In this document: piece by piece, positions 8,722 to 18,956 of the stretch
Position numbering within the stretch: the stretch's first letter is position 1
Layout of the letters: every line of letters starts with the position of its first letter
Assembly: GCA_965612865.1 (NCBI GenBank)
Contig: CBFDTJ010000008.1
Coordinates: 1-35,191 of the forward strand
DNA length: 35,191 nt
Origin: an uncultured bacterium
GTDB lineage: Bacteria; Caldisericota; Caldisericia; B22-G15
Reading direction: 5' to 3'
Translations under genes and position numbers: made by a program
The notes under the pieces: model-generated
Database searches by the model: none
The model's input: only the letters and a program-made list of their open reading frames with translations
Told to the model about the DNA's origin: nothing

Positions 8722-9917
8722 CTTAGTATCCTATCAGCAACTATAGTTGCTCTCTTTATCTCCTTTACATCATGCACTCTTACAATGTCAACTCCTTTTG
8801 CAATTGAGGTTACAACGCTTGATATAGTTCCCTCCAATCTTTCTTCAGGTGGTAGAGAGAGAATATCACCTATAAAACTCTTTCTGCTCGTTCCAACAAG
8901 AAGGGGATATCCCAGAGTTTTAAATTCAGAAAGCTTTGAGAGTATCTTTATATTCTCCTCTGTTCCTTTTCCAAAGCCTATTCCCGGATCTATTATTATA
9001 TTATGAGGTTTTATTCCATTCTCAAGGGCAAATTCAATCCTTTCTTTAAGAGAGAAGTACACATCACTCACAACATCCTTATAATACCCCTCTGGAGGAG
9101 GTCCACCTCTTCCATCTATAGAATGCATTATTACCACTGGAACATTGTATTTTGCAACGATCTTTGCCATCTCTTTGTCTTTTTTTAACCCCCAGACGTC
9201 ATTTATCATACTTGCACCAAGGTGAAGTGCCTCTTTTGCTATCTCCCATTTATTTGTATCCACTGAAATAGGGCAATCAATATCTTTCACGAGTTTTCTC
9301 AATACAGGTATTACTCTTCTTCTCTCCTCCTCGTAGGATACTTCTTCACTTCCCGGTCTTGTTGACTCTCCTCCTATATCAATTATATCTGCCCCCCATT
9401 CTCTGAGGAGACAGGCATAACCCAAAGCATTATCAACAAATCTTTCTTTTGAGTAGAGTCCGTCTCCTGAAAAGGAATCTGGAGTTAAGTTTATTATGCC
9501 CATTATATAGGTTCTTTTTCCCCACTCAAAAAGAGTATCCCCTATCCTTGTAGCTTTTACTGGAGTCCTATGTATTATTTTCTCCATCTCCTCTGCGAGA
9601 TCCTTCAAACCAAAAGGCTGGAGTTTGAGTTTTGGAATCAGTCTGTTGAAGTGATGAACTGTTCCCATAACAATTGCCCTGCACTCATTCTTTCCAAGAT
9701 AAAATGCATCTCTGGATAAAGCAACTTCTCCTCCAATGGAAAGCATCTCCTGTTTTAGAATATTTGCTGCTCTTACATCTATATTTTCTATCTTCAGAAA
9801 TCTTATTTTACCCTTATTTTTCATAATAGATATTCCAACTGGATGAACTTCTATCCTTTCGAGCTCTTTCTCTACTTCCCTTTCGTCAAGATGTATTTCC
9901 TTTATTCTATATTCCAT
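8718..9917 (-). CDS. folP: Dihydropteroate synthase with ~130-aa N-terminal extension
   Basis: [57 protein letters not shown]. Start moved from 9953 to the ATG at 9917 (MEYRIKE), which follows GAGGAAGGA and overlaps the folE end. Confidence 0.93.
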   Translation of the reverse strand: MEYRIKEIHLDEREVEKELERIEVHPVGISIMKNKGKIRFLKIENIDVRAANILKQEMLSIGGEVALSRDAFYLGKNECRAIVMGTVHHFNRLIPKLKLQPFGLKDLAEEMEKIIHRTPVKATRIGDTLFEWGKRTYIMGIINLTPDSFSGDGLYSKERFVDNALGYACLLREWGADIIDIGGESTRPGSEEVSYEEERRRVIPVLRKLVKDIDCPISVDTNKWEIAKEALHLGASMINDVWGLKKDKEMAKIVAKYNVPVVIMHSIDGRGGPPPEGYYKDVVSDVYFSLKERIEFALENGIKPHNIIIDPGIGFGKGTEENIKILSKLSEFKTLGYPLLVGTSRKSFIGDILSLPPEERLEGTISSVVTSIAKGVDIVRVHDVKEIKRATIVADRILR

Positions 9918-10488
9918 TTGTCCTTCCTCTTGAGATAAGATACAGAAATTCACTTCTTGTTGAGGCGTATTTTCTAAATGAACCTCTTATTGCTGATGTT
10001 ACTATTAAACTGCCAGGTTTCTTTATTCCTCTCATTACCATACACAAATGTTCTGCCTCGAGAACCACACCAAGTCCAAGTGGTTCAAGTTCCTCAAATA
10101 TGATATCTGCAATTTCACTTGTAAGTCTCTCCTGAAGTTGTGGTTTCCTTGCGAGCGTATCTACAACCCTTGCAATTTTTGAAATGCCAACGATTTTCCC
10201 GTTTGGTATGTATCCTACATGGGCTTTTCCAAAGAAAGGGAGGAAGTGGTGCTCGCACATTGAAAAGAAAGAGATATTTCTTAAGATAACCATTTCCTGA
10301 TGTCTTTCCTCCACAAACTGGGATTTTAAGAAGCTTCGTGGATCTGTATATAGTCCTCTAAATATCTCTTCAAACATATCTGCAATTCTTTCTGGAGTCT
10401 CTTTAAGTCCTTCTCTGTTGTTATCCTCTCCAATGGCATCAATGATCATCCTCATCGCTTCTATAATTTTTTCTCTGTCAAAATGCAT
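9907..10488 (-). CDS. folE: GTP cyclohydrolase I
   Basis: [44 protein letters not shown]. Confidence 0.97.
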   Translation of the reverse strand: MHFDREKIIEAMRMIIDAIGEDNNREGLKETPERIADMFEEIFRGLYTDPRSFLKSQFVEERHQEMVILRNISFFSMCEHHFLPFFGKAHVGYIPNGKIVGISKIARVVDTLARKPQLQERLTSEIADIIFEELEPLGLGVVLEAEHLCMVMRGIKKPGSLIVTSAIRGSFRKYASTRSEFLYLISRGRTNGI

Positions 10489-11716
10489 GTTTTACCTCTC
10501 CATTCTTTATAAGATATTTTAAATAATTCATTCCAAAGAAGTAAGGTATGAGTTTGTATGTTTTAAGCGAGAGAATCTGAAGATTAGCTGATTTCCCTTT
10601 TTCTATACTTCCAGTATTCTCATGGATGGATAGAGCGAAAGCAGGGTTTATGGTAGAAGCATTTATTGCTTCTTCAATGGAAAGACCTTCTCTTATAACA
10701 GAAAGAGATAGAACAAGATAAAAGTTTATTGTAGGTGACGTTCCCGGATTGAAGTCTGTTGATATTGCCAGAGGAACGCCACTGTCAGCAATCCGTCTTC
10801 CCAATCCTCCCTCTTTTAAAAGAAACATTCTCTCTGTTGGAAATATAATTCCCACTATATCTTTTTTGGCTAGCTCTTTAAGAGATTCTGTATCTGTTTT
10901 ATCAAGATGAGACACGGAGTTTAGATTCAACTCTATAGCCACTTCAATTCCACCAATAGTGTTAAATTGATCAACATGCATAGAGGTTTTAAATCCAAGT
11001 TTTTTTGCTTCAGATAGGAAGGTATATGCTTCTTCCTTTGAAAAGGCATCCTTCTCAACGAATATGTCAACAAAGTCTGAAAGTTCTTCATCCTTTATAA
11101 ATTTTAGGTTTTCAATAGCTTTCTTAAAATAAGCACTTCTATCAATTCCCTTTGGTGGAAGGTGAAGTAGGAAGGTGGAAATAATATTTTTATTTCTTTT
11201 CTTCACTTCTTTTATAATTTTTAATATCCTTATTTCATCCTCAATGTAGAGACCATAGCCACTTTTTATTTCAAAGGTTGAAATACCGTGGGTTTCTCCT
11301 TTTTCTATAAAGGAGAGTGCTCTTTCTATGAGTTTAGCGTCTTCAAGGGATTTTGTTGCTCTTACTGTGGAGTATATTCCTCCCCCCTTCCTTTGAATCT
11401 CAAGATAACTTACGCCAGATAGTCTCATAAGAAACTCTTCCTCTCTTGTTCCACCGAAAACAAGGTGCGTGTGGGCTTCAACAAAAGAAGGTAAAACAAT
11501 ACTTTCACCAGAAAGATCTATTTCCTTTTCTCCTGAATATACATCCCTTATTCTCTCACTCTCTCCAACATCAACAATCTTTCCATCTTTTATGGCTATA
11601 CCGCCACCTTTAATGACTTTTAATTCTTTTAAGCTTTCACCTTTTTTCGGCACATTCCCTTCTGGTGTTACTATCTCTGATGCGTTGATTATTAATAAAC
11701 TGGCATGCTCTCTCAT
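10478..11716 (-). CDS. hutI: Imidazolonepropionase (amidohydrolase superfamily)
   Basis: [49 protein letters not shown]. Confidence 0.88.
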   Translation of the reverse strand: MREHASLLIINASEIVTPEGNVPKKGESLKELKVIKGGGIAIKDGKIVDVGESERIRDVYSGEKEIDLSGESIVLPSFVEAHTHLVFGGTREEEFLMRLSGVSYLEIQRKGGGIYSTVRATKSLEDAKLIERALSFIEKGETHGISTFEIKSGYGLYIEDEIRILKIIKEVKKRNKNIISTFLLHLPPKGIDRSAYFKKAIENLKFIKDEELSDFVDIFVEKDAFSKEEAYTFLSEAKKLGFKTSMHVDQFNTIGGIEVAIELNLNSVSHLDKTDTESLKELAKKDIVGIIFPTERMFLLKEGGLGRRIADSGVPLAISTDFNPGTSPTINFYLVLSLSVIREGLSIEEAINASTINPAFALSIHENTGSIEKGKSANLQILSLKTYKLIPYFFGMNYLKYLIKNGEVKHAF

Positions 11717-14700
11717 CAGTCACATTTTGAGTATCCACACTTTGGACACGTCCAGCAACCCTCAATACTTATCATTGGAGTTCCACATTCAGGGCATAAA
11801 GGTATGTCAAGATTTATCTTAGGTTCCTCTTCACTTTCTTCCTCTGCCTTCTCCTCAACAACTATCTTTTTCTTTTCCTCTTTTCTCATGGAAAGATACT
11901 TTTCTATTGCTTTGGCAATAGCGTCTGCACAGGATAGAATTTTATCTCCATCCTGCCATGTTGGATTTGGACACCTGATTCCCTTTAATTGATCAACTAT
12001 GGAATCTGGGTCAATTCCTGATCTTAAAGCAAGGGATATTAGTCTGGAAATTGCCTCAGTTTGAGATGCTGCACACCCACCAGCCTTCCCAAGAGTTGAA
12101 AAGACTTCACATATTCCATTTTCGTCTTCGTTTATAGTTACATACAGGTTGCCACATCCAGTCTTCATCTTTATTGTGGCACCAAAGGTAATTTTAGGTC
12201 TTGGTCTTGGTTTTAGTTTCTCTCCTCTTTTCTCTTCCTTTCCTCTTATAAGTACCTGAGTCTCTTTAGATCTATCTCTATATACTGTTATTCCTTTTAA
12301 ACCAAGTTTATATCCTGTAAGGTATATATTCTTTATTTCGTCAACTTTAGCATCCTGAGGGAGATTTACTGTCTTTGAAACAGCGTTATCTGTGTATCTT
12401 TGAAAGGCTCCCTGCATCTTTACGTGCCATTCCCAGTGTATATCATGTGCAGTAACGTATATTCTTTTCATATCTTCTGGAATTTCTTCTATATCCTGAA
12501 TGCTTCCCTCTTCAATAACTTTATCCATCAACTCTTCTGAATAGAGTCCTCGTTCTTTAAGTTCCCTTTCAAATATTGGATGTATCTCATTCCACTCTCC
12601 TATAGCTACCTTTCTCTTAAATGCAAGTGCAAATAAAGGTTCAATTCCAGAAGAACAACCAGCAATTATGCTTATAGATCCAGTTGGGGCAATTGTAGTG
12701 ATTGTTGCATTCCTGACCTTTCTTTCCTCTTTTTCAAATACGCTTCCCTTCCAGTTGGGGAAAACTCCTCTTTTTTCTGCAAGTTCCTCTGATTTCTTCC
12801 AGCCTTCCTTGCTTATAAAACTCATCACATCTTCTGCAACTTTAAGTGCTTCTTCTGAATCGTAAGGAATCCTTAGCTTTATAAGTAGATCATGAAACCC
12901 CATCACTCCCAATCCTATTTTTCTGTTACCTTTTGTTTCCCTTTCAATTTCAGGAAGCGGGAATTTATTTACATCAATTACATTGTCAAGAAAATGAACT
13001 GCAGTTCTTACAACTTCTCCCAAAGAGTTATAGTCAATCTTTCCATCTACCGCAAACTTGGATACATCAATGGAGCCAAGATTACACGATTCATAAGGTA
13101 GAAGAGGCTGCTCACCACAGTCCATGCTTAATATTCCATTGGTTATCCATGTATACTCTGGCGGTGCAGTTATATCAAAAACTTCTTCCTCGCCATCTTC
13201 ATCTATGCTTATAATTTCCTGATATTCATACTTTTTTAGTGTTGAGTATGTATTTTTATTCCCTGCGAGTTTCTTAAACTTCTCTTTCTTTTTTCCAATA
13301 AATCCTATTTTTTCAAAGAATAAGCTCGCTCTTTCTCCAGAGATTAAAATTCTGTAAGTAGAGTTTGTTCTATAGCTTTTTCCTTTTATAGTTTTTGTCT
13401 CTTCCCCTTTCTCCTTTGTTAATGTAGATGGGATACCGAGATAGAGTAAAAGAATCTGAACCTGTTTTAGAAGTTTCTTTGAGGAGGAAGAAAGAGCAAC
13501 CGTGATAGTTCCTTTTGATTCATAAACTGTTCCATCAGAAGAAAATATTCCCCTAAGAAGTGCTTTTATGGATTCTGTATCCTCCCTCAGGAATTTTTTA
13601 GGAATCTCCTTTTCTATGCTTTTGGAAGTTTCTATCCCAAAAATTCCTCTTAGCTTCTCTGCAAACTGTTTTACATGAGTATCCACTATAAACTGGTTCT
13701 CCCTCTCCATAATGTAGGAGGAGCCGGAGAATCTTTCAAGTATAGGAGAGAGATGATTGACAAGCTCTAAGTCACTTCCCACATGTAAAGATACATGATT
13801 TGAATTGCTTAAAGATCCATCTCCAATAAAATATCCAATAAGTTCAAAGAATTCTATATCTTTTGTTTTGTTAGATTTTACCTCTGGATAATTCAAAGGA
13901 ACAAAAACTCTATCATGAAGTTTTAAGTCCCTCACCTCTTTCCATCCATCCTCTGTCATAAGTTTATGCTCAGGAGTTACTCTAATTTCCAATCCAGATT
14001 TCAAAGTAATTTTATATATCTTTTTGACCCCATTATTTATAACTTCCTCTATCTTGTTCCATCCTCTACCATTCCATGCTCTCATTCCCTTCTTAAGGTC
14101 CCTTGCTTCAACAAGTCCTTCATCTGTAGCTACAAGAGTATCTCCAACCACACAGGGGTTCGTGGATTCTATATCTCCAACATTGGGTGTCGGATTGTGT
14201 TTGTTTATGGTATCTATAAAAATTACGCCTGGATCACCTGTTTTCCAGGCGTGTTCTGCTATTAAATCAAAAACATACTTTGCCCTTAACTTTTTCCAAA
14301 CTTTCCCATTTCTCGGGTTTATAAGCTCATACTCTTCATCATCAAAGTACCTTCTCATAAATTCATCTGTTATTGCCACAGAAATATTGAAATTGGTAAG
14401 AATCCCTTTTTCGTCCTTTGCTGTTATGAATTCAAGGATATCTGGATGATCAACTCTTAAAATGCCCATATTTGCTCCCCTTCTTACCCCTCCCTGTTTT
14501 ATAGTATCGGTAGCTACATCAAATATCTTCATGAATGATACAGGCCCTGAAGCAACACCCATTGTGCTTTTGACTATATCACCTTTGGGTCTCAATCTTG
14601 AGAATGAAAAGCCTGTTCCTCCCCCTGATTGGTGAATTAATGCAGCATGCTTTATCGCATCAAATATTTCTGTGAGGGAGTCTCCAACAGGTAAAACAAA

Positions 14701-14973
14701 GCAGGCTGAGAGTTGTCCAAGTTCTCTTCCTGCGTTCATGAGTGTTGGAGAGTTGGGAATGAATTTTAGCTCTTCCATTACATTTAGGAATTCATTGTAG
14801 GTTTTTTCTATATCAGCTTCCTTATCATAGATCTTATCTGCTTCAGCTATTGTTCTCGCCACACGCTCAAACATATCCTCAGGGCTTTCTATAACTTCCC
14901 CTTTCTCATTTTTTTTGAGGTATCTTTTTTCGAGGACAAAAATTGCCTGTTTTGTGAGATTTACTTTACTCAT
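11716..14973 (-). CDS. nrdJ: Class II (adenosylcobalamin-dependent) ribonucleotide reductase precursor containing an intein
   Basis: PNSPTLMNAG, QLSACF, GGGTG, RRGANMG, TNP|CGEQPL split by the intein, ESCNLGS, RNATITTIAPTG, SKTVN, C-terminal TSCPD-type domain (CADAIA) and Zn ribbon CPECG..CPKCGYSKC. Confidence 0.95.
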   Translation of the reverse strand: MSKVNLTKQAIFVLEKRYLKKNEKGEVIESPEDMFERVARTIAEADKIYDKEADIEKTYNEFLNVMEELKFIPNSPTLMNAGRELGQLSACFVLPVGDSLTEIFDAIKHAALIHQSGGGTGFSFSRLRPKGDIVKSTMGVASGPVSFMKIFDVATDTIKQGGVRRGANMGILRVDHPDILEFITAKDEKGILTNFNISVAITDEFMRRYFDDEEYELINPRNGKVWKKLRAKYVFDLIAEHAWKTGDPGVIFIDTINKHNPTPNVGDIESTNPCVVGDTLVATDEGLVEARDLKKGMRAWNGRGWNKIEEVINNGVKKIYKITLKSGLEIRVTPEHKLMTEDGWKEVRDLKLHDRVFVPLNYPEVKSNKTKDIEFFELIGYFIGDGSLSNSNHVSLHVGSDLELVNHLSPILERFSGSSYIMERENQFIVDTHVKQFAEKLRGIFGIETSKSIEKEIPKKFLREDTESIKALLRGIFSSDGTVYESKGTITVALSSSSKKLLKQVQILLLYLGIPSTLTKEKGEETKTIKGKSYRTNSTYRILISGERASLFFEKIGFIGKKKEKFKKLAGNKNTYSTLKKYEYQEIISIDEDGEEEVFDITAPPEYTWITNGILSMDCGEQPLLPYESCNLGSIDVSKFAVDGKIDYNSLGEVVRTAVHFLDNVIDVNKFPLPEIERETKGNRKIGLGVMGFHDLLIKLRIPYDSEEALKVAEDVMSFISKEGWKKSEELAEKRGVFPNWKGSVFEKEERKVRNATITTIAPTGSISIIAGCSSGIEPLFALAFKRKVAIGEWNEIHPIFERELKERGLYSEELMDKVIEEGSIQDIEEIPEDMKRIYVTAHDIHWEWHVKMQGAFQRYTDNAVSKTVNLPQDAKVDEIKNIYLTGYKLGLKGITVYRDRSKETQVLIRGKEEKRGEKLKPRPRPKITFGATIKMKTGCGNLYVTINEDENGICEVFSTLGKAGGCAASQTEAISRLISLALRSGIDPDSIVDQLKGIRCPNPTWQDGDKILSCADAIAKAIEKYLSMRKEEKKKIVVEEKAEEESEEEPKINLDIPLCPECGTPMISIEGCWTCPKCGYSKCD
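13120..14154 (-). mobile_element. 345-aa intein with LAGLIDADG homing endonuclease (precursor residues 274-618), ending in Met-Asp
   Basis: Block A CVVGDTLV, block B VTPEHKL, endonuclease motifs LIGYFIGDGS and LLRGIFSSDG, block F VFDITAP, block G WITNGILSMD followed by Cys+1. Removing it restores STNPCGEQPL. Confidence 0.93.
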
Positions 14974-15007
14974 GGCGCCTCCTTAGGATTTTAATGCTCT
15001 TTCTTTT

Positions 15008-15036
15008 AATTTACACCCCACAGATTTTTAAGTCAA
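15008..15036 (-). promoter_or_regulatory. sigma70-type promoter for the nrdJ-hutI-fol operon
   Basis: TTGACT (15036-15031), 17 nt, TAAATT (15013-15008); AAGGAGG RBS before the nrdJ ATG. Confidence 0.6.
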
Positions 15037-15079
15037 ATGAAAATTTTTTCTAAAAATAAAAAGGCTTTTTATGTAATAA

Positions 15080-15107
15080 TGGTATAATTAAATTGGAACT
15101 GGAGGTG
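15080..15107 (+). promoter_or_regulatory. Extended -10 promoter and RBS for clpC
   Basis: TGgTATAAT at 15080-15088; GGAGGTG at 15101-15107. Confidence 0.6.
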
Positions 15108-15110
15108 AAG

Positions 15111-17582
15111 ATGGAATTCTGGGATTATCTTACAGATAGTTCAAGACAGGCCTTCTTCTTCGCTCAAGAAGAAGCCCAGAGAATGAACAATAATTATATT
15201 GGTACTGAACATATACTGCTTGGACTCTCAAGACTTGGTCAGGGCATTGCCTCCCAGGCTCTATCAATGTTTCATGTAGAGTATGGTCAGGTTGCTTCTA
15301 AGGTTAGAGAGATGGTGGCAGGTATTGGAAGTGAGGAGGTTTACTATTCTTCAAAGAAAATAATTTTAACTCCAAGAGTTAAAAGAATTCTGGAACTTGC
15401 AAGAATGATTGCCCAGGAAATGGGTGATTACTATGTTGATACAGAACATATCCTTTTAGGAATAATAGAAGAAGGGGAGGGGATGGCTATAAAGATACTT
15501 GAGGAGCTTGGTGTTGATCCTGAAAAGTTGAGAGAAGAACTCTATGTGCTTATAGAGGAGAAAAAGTTTGGTTCAGGTAGAAATAAGAGGGAATCTTCTC
15601 AGAGGAAGACAAAAACTCCAACCCTTGATCAATTTTCAAGGGATCTAACGCACCTTGCATCCAATGACAAGCTCGACCCTGTAATTGGCAGAGAGAAGGA
15701 AATACAAAGGGTAATAGAGATACTGTGTAGAAGAACGAAAAACAATCCTGTACTTATAGGAGATCCCGGTGTAGGTAAGACTGCTATTGTTGAAGGACTT
15801 GCTCAAAAGATAGTTAAAGGTGAAATACCAGATTTGCTGAAGAATAAAAGAATTGTTGCCCTTGATCTCTCTTCTCTTGTAGCAGGCACAAAGTATAGAG
15901 GTGAGTTTGAGGAGAGAATGAAGAGGGTATTGAATGAGATTAAGAGAGCAAAAGGAGAGATAATTCTCTTTCTTGATGAACTTCACACCCTTGTAGGTGC
16001 AGGAAGTGCAGAAGGAGCAATTGATGCATCCAACATATTAAAACCAGCTCTTGCAAGAGGAGAGCTTCAATGCATCGGAGCAACTACTCTAAAAGATTAT
16101 AGAAAGTACATCGAGAGGGATTCTGCTCTTGAAAGAAGATTCCAGCCAATAATAGTTGAAGAGCCAAGTTTCGATGATACCATTAAAATTCTTAAAGGTT
16201 TAAGGCCCAAATATGAAGCTCACCATAAAGTAAAGATACCTGACGAAACCCTTATTGAAGCAGTGAAACTTTCAACAAGGTATATAACGTCAAGATTTCT
16301 TCCTGATAAAGCCATAGATTTAATAGATGAGGCGAGTTCAAAGGTTAGACTTCGTTCGAGTGTAACACCCCCGGACATAGTTGAACTCGAGGAGAAGGTG
16401 AAGGATATCAAGGATAAGAAGATAAAAGCCATTCAGTCCCAGAGGTTTGAGGAAGCAGCAAAATTAAGAGACAAGGAGCAAAAATTAAGAGCTCTGATTG
16501 AAGAAAAGAGAGAGAAGTGGAAAAAGGAAAGGGAAGAGAAATTTCCTGTGGTGAAACCAGAAGATGTGGCTGAAGTAGTTTCCACATGGACAGGTATCCC
16601 TGTAACGAGGATAATGGTGAAGGAGAGAGAGAAAATTCTTCATCTTGAGGAAGAACTTCATAAGAGAATAGTAGATCAGGAGGAGGCAATACAGGCTATA
16701 TCCAAAGCAATAAGAAGGGCAAAGGCCGGTCTTAAAGATCCAGATAAGCCAATTGGTTCATTTCTCTTTCTTGGACCAACAGGTGTTGGAAAGACAGAAC
16801 TTGCAAGAGCACTTGCGGAGATACTATTTGGAAGTGAGGATTCCCTTGTAAGATTGGACATGAGTGAATATATGGAGAAGTTTTCTGTTTCAAGATTGAT
16901 TGGTTCTCCTCCAGGATATGTGGGTTACGACGAGGGAGGACAACTCACAGAAGCTGTTAGAAGAAGACCTTATTCAATAATTCTTTTTGATGAGATAGAG
17001 AAGGCACATCCAGAGGTTTTCAATATTCTTCTTCAGATTCTTGATTCTGGAAGACTTACAGACTCTCAGGGCCATATTGTAGATTTTAGAAATACCATAA
17101 TAATACTTACTTCAAACATAGGAACAAACTTTGAGTCCATGAAGAAATTTGGTTTTATCAAAGAGGATGACGAAAACTACACAGAGCTAAAGAATAGAGT
17201 TTTTTCTGATCTTAAGAAGACATTCAAGCCAGAACTTTTGAATAGAATTGACGAGGTTATAGTATTTAAACCTCTTACCAAAGAAGAGGTAAAGGAGATA
17301 CTTGAGATAATGATGAAGAGGGTGAGAAAAGAACTTGATGAGAAAAACATAACTCTTGAACTTACAGAAAGTGCGAAGGATTTTCTTGTGGAGAAAGGAT
17401 TTGATAAGAAGTTTGGTGCAAGGCCACTCTGGAGAACCATTTTGAGAGAACTTGAAAATCCCCTCTCAGAGAAACTCCTTGAGGGAGTGTTCCAGGAAGG
17501 CGACACAATCCTTGTTGATAGAGAGGGAGAGGGGTTAACATTTAAAAAAGTTGAGAAAAAAGAAGTCCTATCAAAGAGTTAG
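15111..17582 (+). CDS. clpC: ATP-dependent Clp protease ATP-binding subunit ClpC
   Basis: Two Clp-N repeats ([16 protein letters not shown]), NBD1 [11 protein letters not shown]-like middle domain ([11 protein letters not shown]), NBD2 [18 protein letters not shown]. Start set to the ATG at 15111 after the RBS, not the TTG at 15093. Confidence 0.95.
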   Translation: MEFWDYLTDSSRQAFFFAQEEAQRMNNNYIGTEHILLGLSRLGQGIASQALSMFHVEYGQVASKVREMVAGIGSEEVYYSSKKIILTPRVKRILELARMIAQEMGDYYVDTEHILLGIIEEGEGMAIKILEELGVDPEKLREELYVLIEEKKFGSGRNKRESSQRKTKTPTLDQFSRDLTHLASNDKLDPVIGREKEIQRVIEILCRRTKNNPVLIGDPGVGKTAIVEGLAQKIVKGEIPDLLKNKRIVALDLSSLVAGTKYRGEFEERMKRVLNEIKRAKGEIILFLDELHTLVGAGSAEGAIDASNILKPALARGELQCIGATTLKDYRKYIERDSALERRFQPIIVEEPSFDDTIKILKGLRPKYEAHHKVKIPDETLIEAVKLSTRYITSRFLPDKAIDLIDEASSKVRLRSSVTPPDIVELEEKVKDIKDKKIKAIQSQRFEEAAKLRDKEQKLRALIEEKREKWKKEREEKFPVVKPEDVAEVVSTWTGIPVTRIMVKEREKILHLEEELHKRIVDQEEAIQAISKAIRRAKAGLKDPDKPIGSFLFLGPTGVGKTELARALAEILFGSEDSLVRLDMSEYMEKFSVSRLIGSPPGYVGYDEGGQLTEAVRRRPYSIILFDEIEKAHPEVFNILLQILDSGRLTDSQGHIVDFRNTIIILTSNIGTNFESMKKFGFIKEDDENYTELKNRVFSDLKKTFKPELLNRIDEVIVFKPLTKEEVKEILEIMMKRVRKELDEKNITLELTESAKDFLVEKGFDKKFGARPLWRTILRELENPLSEKLLEGVFQEGDTILVDREGEGLTFKKVEKKEVLSKS

Positions 17583-18522
17583 CTATATAGATGCTTTAAA
17601 AGAAATAGAAAAAAAGAAAATATTTCCTTTTTATATTCTCCAGGGAAGAGGGAGGTACATAAAAAATCAGATAATTGAAAAATTAAAGGATGCATTAAAG
17701 GTTGATTCTATAAGTTTGATAGATGGAAAAGGAAAAGATTTCTTAAGTATTGTGAGGGAGATAAGTTCTCCCTCTTTCTTTTTCTCCTCTACCCTTTTTT
17801 ATGTTAAAGATGCTGGAAGGATAAAGGGATTTAAGTGGGAAAAAATTAAGAAGGATAATAGAGTTGTTGTGTTTGACGATCTGGAGGAAAAGATTCCCGC
17901 TCCCCCGGAAGCATTTTCCGATTTAGTAAGAATTGTTAGAGACATACCGCTTCCAGAAGGAGTTTTAAAAGCCTGGATAAGAAAGAAATTTAAAGAGAAC
18001 GGAAAAGTGGTAGACGAATCTGGTGTGTACTCCCTTATCTACAATGTAGGGGCTGATCTTGATTATCTTGTAACAGAGATTGAGAAGATTTCCCTATCCA
18101 TTGATAAGAAAGAAATTACAAAGGAAGATATAGAGAGACACGTTTACCCTATATCATCGACCTCTATTTTCGATATTTCAAACCTCTTCTTTACAGGAAG
18201 AAAAGGAAAAACTATTCTCTTTATAGAAGAAATGATAGATAGGGGAGAAAATATAGAGAGGATATTCTACATTCTAATGAATAGAGTAATAAATGTTTTT
18301 GATGTCAAAGTCTCTCTTATGCAGGGACTTAAGCCAAAGGAGATTCAAAAAGTTATGAACATCTCTCCCTTTCTCTTTGGCATATATGAAAGAGAAGCAA
18401 GAGAGATAGATATTAACAAACTTATGAAGTTACTCTTTTATCTTGAGGATGTGGAAAAAGCTATAAAGATAGGAAAAGGTGATCCACAAACCCTTCTTGA
18501 AGTTATTTCTCTAAAGATGTAA
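17551..18522 (+). CDS. holA: DNA polymerase III subunit delta
   Basis: PFYILQG, WIRKKFKENGK, LVTEIEKI, ITKEDIE, SIFD, AIKIG; convergent with rpsT as is common. Start codon uncertain. Confidence 0.8.
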   Translation: MRKKKSYQRVSYIDALKEIEKKKIFPFYILQGRGRYIKNQIIEKLKDALKVDSISLIDGKGKDFLSIVREISSPSFFFSSTLFYVKDAGRIKGFKWEKIKKDNRVVVFDDLEEKIPAPPEAFSDLVRIVRDIPLPEGVLKAWIRKKFKENGKVVDESGVYSLIYNVGADLDYLVTEIEKISLSIDKKEITKEDIERHVYPISSTSIFDISNLFFTGRKGKTILFIEEMIDRGENIERIFYILMNRVINVFDVKVSLMQGLKPKEIQKVMNISPFLFGIYEREAREIDINKLMKLLFYLEDVEKAIKIGKGDPQTLLEVISLKM

Positions 18523-18796
18523 GATTCTCCTCAAGTTTTATTATAAATTCTGAGAACCTCTTCATTAACCTACTCTTCTTTCTTGCTGCTGTATTTTTAT
18601 GAAAGACTCCTTTTGATGTTGCATGGTCAATAAAGGATATCGTCTCTTTCAATCTTTTTTCAGCTTCTTCTCTGTTTTCTGCAAGAAATACAGACTTAAT
18701 GAGATTTTTTGTTCTTGTCTTATAATATTTATTTCTTATTCTCCTCTTTAAGTTCTTTCTTGCATTCTTTAATGCAGACTTTGTTCTCTTTGCCAT
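18503..18796 (-). CDS. rpsT: 30S ribosomal protein S20
   Basis: MAKRTKSALKNAR...KGVFHKNTAARKKSRL; AAGGAGG RBS. Confidence 0.96.
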   Translation of the reverse strand: MAKRTKSALKNARKNLKRRIRNKYYKTRTKNLIKSVFLAENREEAEKRLKETISFIDHATSKGVFHKNTAARKKSRLMKRFSEFIIKLEENLTSLEK

Positions 18797-18832
18797 ATCT
18801 TCCTCCTTATAGTTTCCAAAATTTACTCTAAA

Positions 18833-18861
18833 ATTTTAGCACAACAGGTAGGGTTTTCCAA
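18833..18861 (-). promoter_or_regulatory. Promoter for rpsT
   Basis: TTGGAA (18861-18856), 17 nt ending in TGc, TAAAAT (18838-18833). Confidence 0.6.
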
Positions 18862-18956
18862 GTTTTTAAGGTTTAAGAATTTAGTAACCTTTACCTTTTC
18901 TCTCTTTTATTATAAAATTAGTTAGATTGACTAAGAAGAAATATAGGAGGTAGTGT

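Noticed and set aside
15013..15032. Possible NrdR box upstream of nrdJ (ACCCCACAGATTTTTA)
   Set aside because: Only the left half resembles the consensus, the conserved G of the right half is missing, and no second box is evident.
15037..15110. CtsR or CIRCE heat-shock operator upstream of clpC
   Set aside because: No convincing GTCAA direct-repeat pair or CIRCE inverted repeat, and no ctsR/mcsAB adjacent.
14974..15110. Cobalamin riboswitch upstream of B12-dependent nrdJ
   Set aside because: The intergenic region is short, AT-rich and occupied by divergent promoters; no B12-box is visible.
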